Assembly: GCA_027031765.1 (NCBI GenBank)
Contig: JALVPN010000139.1
Location: 1 to 31,922 of the forward strand
Reading direction: 5' to 3'
DNA from: Promethearchaeota archaeon
GTDB lineage: Archaea; Asgardarchaeota; Thorarchaeia; Thorarchaeales; Thorarchaeaceae
Length of the DNA: 31,922 nt
Shown here: positions 7,173-15,008 of the stretch, one piece after another
Layout of the letters: each line of letters opens with the position of its first letter
Position numbering within the stretch: position 1 is the stretch's first letter
Program-made: the position numbers and the translations under genes
The notes under the pieces: generated by a model
What the model was told of the DNA's origin: nothing
Seen by the model: the letters and a program-made list of their open reading frames with translations, nothing else
The model's database searches: none

Positions 7173-9269
7173 GTGCCGAGAAAGACGACTGTGCGTGGGG
7201 CCTACCTTGCCTACGGGTGCCAGGAGTGGGCGCACGGTTTCCGCTACTACCAGTACCAAGAAGAGGTAGTCAGTTCCGATGCGCCAGTCGTCATCATTGA
7301 CGCACCGACCGGGTCGGGAAAGACCTTGGCCGCCCTTGCACGGATCCTTCAGCATGGGCAGTCCGCACTTTTCCTGTACCCCACGAACAGCCTTGTGCAG
7401 GACCAGGTACAGGGCATCAAGAAGAGCCTTGAGAAGATGGGGCACAGACCACGTATGATTGGGGGCAAGTCGACCGACATAGTCCCCGATGTGGGTGACA
7501 CAACGGTCGACCTTATCCACATGACGGGGGCAACACTGGAGCACCTCAATGCCAAGAGCAAGCGCTCAAAGGGCGGGGTCATAGACAAAGTGCTGACGGC
7601 CACTCAGGACAGTGGGAGGGTACGGCTCCTGCTGACAAACCCGGATACCCTGTACCTGGCCTTTGCTGGCTGGTATGCGCGCCATGGCCGGATAAGCGAG
7701 CAGGTGCAACGGTTCAATACCATCGTCTTGGACGAGTTCCACCTATATGCCGGGCCCATACTGGCAAAGGTGTTCTTCATTGTGAACCACCTCCGTGGGA
7801 GTGTGGCACCTGGTGAGTCCAAGGATCTCATGTTCCTGAGCGCGACACACGGTGACACCCTCCAGCTCCTCACAGGCACATATCCAACAGCAGGACTCGT
7901 GTCAGCGGCCACACTCGACTCACCAGACCAGAGTGCTGGCTCCCGCAAGATACGACATGCGACGGCCTGTGAGGTGTGGACACAGAACGACATCCTGTAC
8001 TCGACAAGAGAAGCTGAGAAGGTTGCCGGGCAGATTGTCCAGATGTACCAGATGGACTATCCAAGGGAGGGAGAGGCCGCACATGTGAAGGTCCTGGGAG
8101 TGTTTTCATCCGTGGTCTTTGCCAGCCGTGTGGCACAAGAGGTGCGTAGGCAGCTCGAGGCCGAGGGTATCGACCCCGCGTGCGTCTACGAGGTGCACGG
8201 CCTTGTGCCCCAGGCCAAGAGGCCGGATATTGAGCGCCTGAGGGAGGCCATACTGGTCGGCACATCAGCTATAGAGGTCGGAGTGGACTTTGACGTCCCG
8301 TTCCTTGTGATGGAGGCACACGACTTGGCCTCGTTCCTCCAGAGGTTCGGACGTGGTGGGAGGCACCGGGAGTGCAAGGCAATACTGTATGTCCCGCAAC
8401 CTGCCGCAGACAGGTTTGCTGCGAGTAACGAATGGCCATACACAGACTTTGTCAGTGCGGCGGCACAGGGTTTCAAGTCAATGCCTGCATATGCGGGATA
8501 TCTCTGTTCCAGCACTGCAAGACGAGTGCTCTCATCACTGGCTACTGCCGGTGCACGGGAGTCGACACGGCTGGGAGACCACAGACGTGTGTTCGACAGG
8601 GACGCGGCAGCGGGACTGTTCCAGATGCTCTTCGAGGACAACAGTACAGTGGCGCTCGGTGACTGCCGGCTGAAAGACAACATTGGCTCTCTGGACGAGA
8701 AAGACATTGCCTCGGAGCTCAAGCGGCGAGTTACGAGGGTGCTTGCCATGCATGGCTATCTCCGTGGGACAATGAACTCGATGCCGGTCTATGTCGGGGC
8801 CGGTGTTGTTTCCGACGGCCACGGCTTCTACACAGAACTGGACATAATCGAACTCGCAAGGTTGAGAGGACACCTTGAAGACATTGCGCAACATGAAGGG
8901 CAGATGCCCCAGACAATAAGGAACAGGCATAGAGGAAAAGGACACGTGTTTGTCATTGACAGCCTGGAACGTGTCGGGTCCCTACCGAGGATCAGACTTG
9001 ACAGATCCCTGTTGGGCCGACGGCGCTGCTTCGTATACGACAGTAGCCGCATGAGCATGAAAACGGGCGACCGTAGGATGGACAATATAATGGACAGTAT
9101 CCTCCACGAGAGGAACATTGTCTTCTATGACGCAGAGCTGGTCGTGAAGAGCGACTACAGGATTCCCCGAGTGTACGTCGAGGGCGGGCGGGGAGCAGTG
9201 GTCATTGGGGAATGGGCCCTCGTCGTGGAGTACATGTACCACAAGATGCGCGGAGGGAGTACACCCTGA
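7173..9269 (+). CDS. cas3: Type I-D Cas3' helicase (no HD domain)
   Basis: DAPTGSGKT Walker A, LFLYPTNSLVQDQ, LLLTNPD, VLDEFH, FLSAT, VGTSAIEVGVDF, FLQRFGRGGR. The HD domain is supplied by Cas10d, as typical for I-D. Confidence 0.93.
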   Translation: MPRKTTVRGAYLAYGCQEWAHGFRYYQYQEEVVSSDAPVVIIDAPTGSGKTLAALARILQHGQSALFLYPTNSLVQDQVQGIKKSLEKMGHRPRMIGGKSTDIVPDVGDTTVDLIHMTGATLEHLNAKSKRSKGGVIDKVLTATQDSGRVRLLLTNPDTLYLAFAGWYARHGRISEQVQRFNTIVLDEFHLYAGPILAKVFFIVNHLRGSVAPGESKDLMFLSATHGDTLQLLTGTYPTAGLVSAATLDSPDQSAGSRKIRHATACEVWTQNDILYSTREAEKVAGQIVQMYQMDYPREGEAAHVKVLGVFSSVVFASRVAQEVRRQLEAEGIDPACVYEVHGLVPQAKRPDIERLREAILVGTSAIEVGVDFDVPFLVMEAHDLASFLQRFGRGGRHRECKAILYVPQPAADRFAASNEWPYTDFVSAAAQGFKSMPAYAGYLCSSTARRVLSSLATAGARESTRLGDHRRVFDRDAAAGLFQMLFEDNSTVALGDCRLKDNIGSLDEKDIASELKRRVTRVLAMHGYLRGTMNSMPVYVGAGVVSDGHGFYTELDIIELARLRGHLEDIAQHEGQMPQTIRNRHRGKGHVFVIDSLERVGSLPRIRLDRSLLGRRRCFVYDSSRMSMKTGDRRMDNIMDSILHERNIVFYDAELVVKSDYRIPRVYVEGGRGAVVIGEWALVVEYMYHKMRGGSTP

Positions 9270-10126
9270 TACTATTGAGGTTCCATGTGACCAGTCCCAC
9301 AACCGAACGGATGTCTTTCTCAGGAGTGCCACTGAGGGCTGCGTTCCTAAACCTACTGAAGCAGTATGATGAGGAGCTGAGCGACCGGGTGCACAGTTCA
9401 GAGTCCATCAGGACGTATTCGCTCATCCCGTTCCCTTTCAACTCCGAGTTTGAAACGGAGCTGGAAGAGGGAAAGGAGTACAGCTTCTCTGTGAACCTGT
9501 TTGATGCAGACGCACTGACCGAGACCGTGATGAGGATTGCCATGGGGCCCACACCGGAGCTCCGTGTCCACCAGCACATTTTCCCAGTGAGGAGGATAGA
9601 CTTCCGTTCAAGTGTGCCAGATGAGATGATGGTCGAGTGGACTGGTGAGGTGGAGGGGCTGCACGGTACACTGGGTGTGGCCTTCCAGTTCCTCACACCG
9701 ACACAACTCGCACAGTACGGAATGGACGAGGCGTACCTCCTCCCCGTACCAGAAAAGGTGTTCCCAGCCATCCTCAGGGTATGGAACAGTGTCGCGAAGG
9801 CGACGCGGGTCGAGCATGTGAGCGACTACTACGAGTGGGTCACGAAGAACGTGTATGTCGCGGGCCACCGGCTGCGTACGGTCAAGATACCCCTGGGCCG
9901 GAGGAGAACGGTTGTCGGGTTTGTGGGGCGGGTCTACTACCGGGTGAAGGACGTGGAATCACCGCTGGGACGGCTGACCATCGGCCTTGCGAGGTTCGCT
10001 GAGCTCTGCAATGTCGGGAAGAACAGGACCGCGGGACTGGGGCGGGTCCGTGTGCGCCTTGACCGGCTGGCCGGGAACGGAAGACCATCAACAAAGGGGG
10101 GAAGAACCGGTGTACCTGCTCCCTGA
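9266..10126 (+). CDS. cas6: crRNA-processing endoribonuclease Cas6 (type I-D operon)
   Basis: FQFLTPTQL, Y.LPVPEKVF..IL..W, GFVGRVYY, Gly-rich loop NVGKNRTAGLGRV. Start placed at CTG 9266 (SD GGAGGG 9252-9257) or TTG 9275; the track start 9212 lies inside cas3. Confidence 0.92.
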   Translation: MILLRFHVTSPTTERMSFSGVPLRAAFLNLLKQYDEELSDRVHSSESIRTYSLIPFPFNSEFETELEEGKEYSFSVNLFDADALTETVMRIAMGPTPELRVHQHIFPVRRIDFRSSVPDEMMVEWTGEVEGLHGTLGVAFQFLTPTQLAQYGMDEAYLLPVPEKVFPAILRVWNSVAKATRVEHVSDYYEWVTKNVYVAGHRLRTVKIPLGRRRTVVGFVGRVYYRVKDVESPLGRLTIGLARFAELCNVGKNRTAGLGRVRVRLDRLAGNGRPSTKGGRTGVPAP

Positions 10127-11054
10127 AGAGGTGAGGAGGAGGCTCCTGAGAAGGTATAGACATCGTTCTCGTGAGGCTGTGGTGGACGAGCGCTTCAGGG
10201 GATGGGCGTGGCACGTACCACCAGTCGACCCACCCTATGAATACCAGCTCCCACTCAGCGAGATTGTCAGCAGGTACTGCGAGTCAATGCGTGACATCTA
10301 TCTCAGACACGTCGAGAACAGGCCGCGACCCAGGACTGCGAAGATGGTGCAGGGTGCCCTGTACCACGCGGTCGTGGCAGCATCGATTGAGCACGCAAAA
10401 CGGACCATGTACTCGATGGGCGATTTCACCGCACAGGATGTTGGGGCCGTCCTCACACAGATCCGTGATGATGTTATCGACGGCCTCATCAGACGGGCGA
10501 GACCACCACAGGTGACTGGACGTGGTGGTGTGTTTGACAGAGACCACTGTCGCGAGAACATGGTCTGGCTCTGGGAGTACTGTGTCAACCAGATTGTTGC
10601 ATCTGTAGACAGAGTGCGCACCGCACAGCCCTACATCGGACTGGACGCACTTGTGAACTCCGCAATCCCGGTGGTCGTGGAGCAGAAACTCGATGGCCGG
10701 AACCTTGGCCTGAGCGGTCATCTCAGTGCTGATGCCTACGGCGTCGAGGGGGTTGTGCTTGATATCAAGACCGGGGCCCGCAGGAGGTTCCATCGGCTGG
10801 CAACTACCGGATATGCGCTTGTGATTGAGAGCATCCACGAGTACCCGGTGGATGTGGGTTGCATTGTATACTGTTGGTTCAAGGACAAGCCCCCACCAAC
10901 AATCGAGTACGATGTCCATAGCATTGACGAGCCACTCCGACAGGAGTTCCTAGAGCTACGCGACACGGCCATGAGACTCATATACTCTGAGAAAGACCCC
11001 GGACTACCTCCGAAGTGCTACGAGGACTGCCCATATTGGGAGGAGTGCCACTAG
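10110..11054 (+). CDS. csa1: Cas4-family protein Csa1 (Cas4a, type I-A associated)
   Basis: MYLLPEE..RRLLR, RGWAWH.PP..P.Y...L..SEI...YCES.RD.YL, LDGRNLGLSGHLSADA, DIKTG, CYEDCPYWEEC: Csa1 pattern. GTG start at 10110 (V42 of the track ORF). Confidence 0.88.
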   Translation: MYLLPEEVRRRLLRRYRHRSREAVVDERFRGWAWHVPPVDPPYEYQLPLSEIVSRYCESMRDIYLRHVENRPRPRTAKMVQGALYHAVVAASIEHAKRTMYSMGDFTAQDVGAVLTQIRDDVIDGLIRRARPPQVTGRGGVFDRDHCRENMVWLWEYCVNQIVASVDRVRTAQPYIGLDALVNSAIPVVVEQKLDGRNLGLSGHLSADAYGVEGVVLDIKTGARRRFHRLATTGYALVIESIHEYPVDVGCIVYCWFKDKPPPTIEYDVHSIDEPLRQEFLELRDTAMRLIYSEKDPGLPPKCYEDCPYWEECH

Positions 11055-11063
11055 TGAGTACGT

Positions 11064-11091
11064 AGAGAGAGAGAGGGGGGAAAAAAAAAGA
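11064..11091 (-). terminator. Polypurine tract (AG)6-G5-A9, i.e. a T9 run on the minus strand; possible archaeal oligo-U terminator
   Basis: AGAGAGAGAGAGGGGGGAAAAAAAAAGA lies immediately after the csa1 stop; the T-run is only on the minus strand. Confidence 0.35.
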
Positions 11092-11354
11092 CTGGCGGTA
11101 CACCCTGCTGCCTGTAGAGGGGGCGCACCGCCATGAAACTGAACTAGGGAGCCATCAGTTGAGTGGCCAAAGGTGGTACTACCATGGCCACTCTGGCTCT
11201 TGTGGTGGCCAGACCTGTGCGAACATTGGAATCGATACAACTGCACAGGGAAACAATCTAAGACGGCAAGAGGCAGCTTGACACCACCGTGGAAAGGTTG
11301 CCACTCGGCCCCCATGTTTGCCGACGACGAGGAAAGGTTGACATCTGGTCGGCA

Positions 11355-11366
11355 ACGTTTATATCT
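11355..11366 (+). promoter_or_regulatory. TATA box of csa3
   Basis: TTTATA at 11358-11363, about 25 bp upstream of ATG 11388, which is archaeal promoter geometry. Confidence 0.55.
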
Positions 11367-11387
11367 GCGGGGCAAGGTACAGGGGTG

Positions 11388-12071
11388 ATGAAGATTCTAC
11401 ACATCGCCACACTGGGAATACATGCGAACGAACGTGTGCAATATGTGCTCACGGCTACCAGCGCACCAAAGGTCCTCCTGATTGCAACAAGCGAGAACGA
11501 AGATGATGCAAAGTCATTGAAGCAGGAGTATGAGAGAGTCGGCATTGAGATTGAATACAGAGTTGTCAGGCCCTGGGAATACGATGAGATCCTTGCCACC
11601 GTGCTCGACTATGTGGTGGACTATTTGGACCACGAGTTGACGTTCAACATCTCGTGTGGCACAATAGCCATGAGGGCAGCATGCCATATGGCGGCGGCCC
11701 TAGTCGGGGCAACAGTATACTACGTGACCGAAGACGAGCACACCAAGATAGGCCGCCTAGTAAGAGTGAACCCGCTCCCGATGAGTTCGCTGAGCGCCGC
11801 GAAACAGCGCATCCTAGAAGAGCTGGCAAAACATGAAGACGGGGTCGAGTCATTCAGAGAGCTTGGTTCAAGAGTCGACCTCGAAGTCGCGTCAATTTCG
11901 AAACATATCAAGGGGCTCCGCGAAGTAGGTTACGTGAAGACAGAGAGAAAGGGAAGACGGCACAGGACATGGATTACCGAGCTGGGTAGGATTGTGCTCA
12001 GACTGAAACAGGCAAGAAAGGGGATCATCTGGGGCAGGAACGATGACGAGGATCGGTACAGAGATAGGTGA
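11388..12071 (+). CDS. csa3: Csa3-family CARF-wHTH transcriptional regulator
   Basis: N-terminal Rossmann-like CARF (ILHIATLG, KVLLIAT, FNISCGT...AA) and C-terminal wHTH (RILEEL..SFRELG..VASISKHIKGLREVGYV..RKGR..ITELG). Start reassigned to ATG 11388 after GGGGTG. Confidence 0.82.
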   Translation: MKILHIATLGIHANERVQYVLTATSAPKVLLIATSENEDDAKSLKQEYERVGIEIEYRVVRPWEYDEILATVLDYVVDYLDHELTFNISCGTIAMRAACHMAAALVGATVYYVTEDEHTKIGRLVRVNPLPMSSLSAAKQRILEELAKHEDGVESFRELGSRVDLEVASISKHIKGLREVGYVKTERKGRRHRTWITELGRIVLRLKQARKGIIWGRNDDEDRYRDR

Positions 12072-13665
12072 TGATGTAGAGCAGCTCTGGGAGGAGGCAC
12101 GGAGAGCTGCTGAGCAGAAGCTCGGACTGATCTGCGGTGCACCACCTGAGAGGACAGTAGTTGTCCCTGATGAGACCTACGATGGCAGGCCGGGAGGGGT
12201 TCTGTGCGACAGTACAATGTTGCTTGCTGAGTCCACTGTCAGCGGCAAGATCCCACTGAAGGGAGTGGTGTTCAGGGAGTGCGTCATGACTGCACTGCCA
12301 CAGGACGGCGTCTGCGAGGAGTGCATTGATGACATCGCCACGGAGTTTGCAAGACAGGAACTCGAGGGCGAGGCCAGAGAGAGATGGCTGACACAGTGGA
12401 AGGGGTACAGGCCCCTAAAACGGGTGACATCAACCCTCCACTATGACCCCACACTCACGTTTCCAGCCCTGTTCAGCATGGTCGGGCCGGAGGCCCTACA
12501 GACAATTGTTAGAGACATTGTGCAGGTCATCGTGAAGAACCGGGGGCGCCTTACTATCCAGGAGTACTTGCAGTACTTGTCAACGCGTTCGCACGGGTTC
12601 TCGGTCACCATCTCGATGACGGACCTCAGGATAGCCAGCGAGCTCCTGAAGCGACCCACAATCACAAACCAGAGCATTGCCCGTGCGACCGGCAAGACAC
12701 CGCAGTGGGTGTCTAGCAGGATTGCATACCTCAGACAGCGGCAGATTCTCCGCAAGTTCAACATCGTGAGGTTCTCAAAGATTGGTATCCGCATGTTCCA
12801 CCTTGTAGTAGAGGCGGCTGAGGACCAAGCGAACCCGGCATTCTTGCTGGAGAAGTGCCCCTTCGTGTATAGTTGCAGTAACCTCCTGACTGGGAGCAGG
12901 GGGGTGTATGCCGTACTTGCAGTGCCTGACAACAGGGACAGTGTTGCTGCAGTAGAACAGTTCATCGGAGCTGCCCCACGGGACTGGGGAGTGAGGACGT
13001 TTCTCACAGAGGTCATCTCCTCAGGTTCGCAGTTCTGCTTCGACTACTACGACCCCGAGAAACGGTGCTGGGACATCCCATGGGACATGGAACGTGTCCA
13101 TGCTGCACGGATATACAGGGATAACCTTGCAGACATCATTCCTCGCCAGGAGGAGACAAGAGAACAGGTCTGTCGCCATTTCGATGACCTTGACATGCGG
13201 ATTCTTGACTGTGTGTGGAGGGGAGTTGCCTCTGTCGCCCGGATACGTCGGGCCTTGCATGTCGGGCAGCACCGTGTTGCAGAGCGCCTGAAGAGGCTAC
13301 GCGAGGACGGCGTCGTGGTCACAAGATGGGAAGTGCATAACATTGGCCTTGTGGAACGCGTACTGGTGCAGACACACGACAAGGAGGTGGGCGAAGCGAT
13401 TGCAGCATGGGCACAGAGGCTGCCGAGGAGCATCGTGTCCTTTGACCTGAGCGGATACATGACAATGGTGGCATCACTGCCGGTTGGCGGCGCATACGGC
13501 ATCTCGTGGGCCCTGTCACTCATCCCCATGCCAATCACAATCAGGTGCCTCGAGCCCCCAGTCTATGGTCGTTGGGGTTTTCCAACACAGCTATGGGACT
13601 CAACAACACACAGATGGATGGCCCCATCAGAGGCGATTGCCAAGTGGTTCGATGCAGTCAGGTAG
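12043..13665 (+). CDS. 540-aa regulator with two Lrp/AsnC-like HTH plus C-terminal sensing-like modules and an unknown N-terminal domain
   Basis: HTH1 DLRIASELLKRPTITNQSIARATGKTPQWVSSRIAYL..F..IGIRMFHL; HTH2 DDLDMRILD..SVARIRRALHVGQHRVAERLKRLREDGVV. Start overlaps the csa3 3' end. Confidence 0.7.
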   Translation: MTRIGTEIGDDVEQLWEEARRAAEQKLGLICGAPPERTVVVPDETYDGRPGGVLCDSTMLLAESTVSGKIPLKGVVFRECVMTALPQDGVCEECIDDIATEFARQELEGEARERWLTQWKGYRPLKRVTSTLHYDPTLTFPALFSMVGPEALQTIVRDIVQVIVKNRGRLTIQEYLQYLSTRSHGFSVTISMTDLRIASELLKRPTITNQSIARATGKTPQWVSSRIAYLRQRQILRKFNIVRFSKIGIRMFHLVVEAAEDQANPAFLLEKCPFVYSCSNLLTGSRGVYAVLAVPDNRDSVAAVEQFIGAAPRDWGVRTFLTEVISSGSQFCFDYYDPEKRCWDIPWDMERVHAARIYRDNLADIIPRQEETREQVCRHFDDLDMRILDCVWRGVASVARIRRALHVGQHRVAERLKRLREDGVVVTRWEVHNIGLVERVLVQTHDKEVGEAIAAWAQRLPRSIVSFDLSGYMTMVASLPVGGAYGISWALSLIPMPITIRCLEPPVYGRWGFPTQLWDSTTHRWMAPSEAIAKWFDAVR

Positions 13666-13953
13666 CAGTGACGAGGCGCCATCCTTTGGGACGGGACACG
13701 ATACGACGACCGTCTGGAGGCTATGGAGAGGCCACGTGACGATAGGGCACACACAATAGAAGACACTGCGGGAGGTCTGTGGTCATGTCTGGGCGTCCAC
13801 GACTGGTCATGAACCCCCACCTGCTAGCGGCGCCCGGTTATCCGCTAAAGGTGTGATGACGGCAGGACAGTCCAGCGGACATCATAATGTGGCGGCTATG
13901 AGGGGTCAGAGCGGCATTCTCTGCCATCTGTGCCGGCTGCGGTAGCACCCGTG

Positions 13954-14637
13954 CTATTGGTCGCTCTGTACGTCTTTCTTGTACCAGTCGAGGGCCTCAT
14001 CGACCGTGTGGCATGCCGTGTCGTGGCGGGCAATCAGTACCTTCTCATACTGGAGGACTCCACGCATTACCTCATCGAGGTCCTTCGCCATGCCGGCCTC
14101 ACAGACGCTGAGGGCTGACTCGAACTCGCCGGCGCGCCTCATGATGTCTGCCAGGAGGGCCTCCTCTACACCGGCCCTGTCCGCACACCAGCCGTGGTCC
14201 AGTGCCCTCTGGAGCAGCTCGGCAGCCCGCAGCCGACATCTCCGTGCACCCTCTTCATGGTGGGCGTCATCGCAGGCCCACGCGGCACGCAGGGAGGCCT
14301 GTGCCGCGTCTGCATAGTGACCTAGGTGCTCTTCAATCATGGACAGGCATAGGAACGTGTTCGCCAGTGTTGGGAGGCCGGGATCCACGAGTTGGCGCTG
14401 GTACTCCTCGCTCTCAATCACTTCGAAGACTCCGTCCGGTGCCGCAGACACATCTGGTGCACAGTAGCCGCACGACGGGCACCTCTGCACCCAGAGGCTG
14501 ATGGTCGACCGCATCATTTCGGGTGGCCGTCCATCAATGTCCCACGACCCCATTGCGTTGGTCGAGGACAGGACCGTATACTGGTGCACAGTCCCGCAGA
14601 CTGCACACCTGATCTCCTCAGCACGGATTGTTGTCAT
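13954..14637 (-). CDS. Zn-ribbon plus TPR-like protein, DUF2225-like (227 aa)
   Basis: CAVCG, DIDGRP, QRCPSCGYC, helical repeats LRAAWACDD...LLADIMRRAGEFESA. Start reassigned to ATG 14637; the 84-aa upstream extension in the track is not protein-like. Confidence 0.7.
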   Translation of the reverse strand: MTTIRAEEIRCAVCGTVHQYTVLSSTNAMGSWDIDGRPPEMMRSTISLWVQRCPSCGYCAPDVSAAPDGVFEVIESEEYQRQLVDPGLPTLANTFLCLSMIEEHLGHYADAAQASLRAAWACDDAHHEEGARRCRLRAAELLQRALDHGWCADRAGVEEALLADIMRRAGEFESALSVCEAGMAKDLDEVMRGVLQYEKVLIARHDTACHTVDEALDWYKKDVQSDQ

Positions 14638-14915
14638 GACTAGCCCTGTCCCAGGACTATGCCCCCAATGTAAAGAACTTTGTCTGTCTGACAGTACTGT
14701 GTGAGGTTTCAAGACAGATGGATGCAGGACGGACACGGATGGAAAACTGTCGGTGCAGGGACTCGGGCCGGACAGCACGCGGACTCTTTTCGGAGGGAGT
14801 CCCATGCCTGACTGTCCACGTAGAGCCATGTCCGACCACAGGACGGATGGGCTGGTATTGTTGGGGCGTCTGTTGGGGACAGCCACCAAGACACGTACCC
14901 GTTATGACCGGACGG

Positions 14916-15008
14916 GGGCAACTGGCGGTACTGCACTATCGTGAGCTATTGCATGAGGGCCACCGGATAGATCCGATAGGAAAGGGCAACAGGCGGCACT
15001 GCACTATC
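14916..15008. repeat. Pair of 25-bp direct repeats (23/25 identical) separated by 43 bp
   Basis: GGGCAACTGGCGGTACTGCACTATC at 14916-14940 and GGGCAACAGGCGGCACTGCACTATC at 14984-15008. Confidence 0.85.

Noticed and set aside
6303-7544. Long antisense ORFs (e.g. 591..1277, 3272..4138, 6303..7544, 19490..20077, 21072..21821)
   Set aside because: They shadow well-supported cas genes on the opposite strand, have no recognisable motifs, and are expected in GC-rich DNA.
11289-11387. N-terminal extensions of track ORFs (csa3 11289, csa1 9987, cas2 15743, cas6 23575, cas8b1 22640, DUF2225-like 14889)
   Set aside because: Family motifs, SD sites and stop/start overlaps all point to the downstream starts used here.
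14706-14712. GTTTCAA (reverse complement of the repeat end TTGAAAC) upstream of the DUF2225-like gene as a degenerate repeat
   Set aside because: Only a 7-mer matches; flanks do not align to the repeat.
14954-14961. TGAGGGCC shared between the 43-nt pseudo-spacer and the I-B promoter region (23358-23365) as a regulatory target
   Set aside because: An 8-mer match is expected by chance in 32 kb and does not extend.
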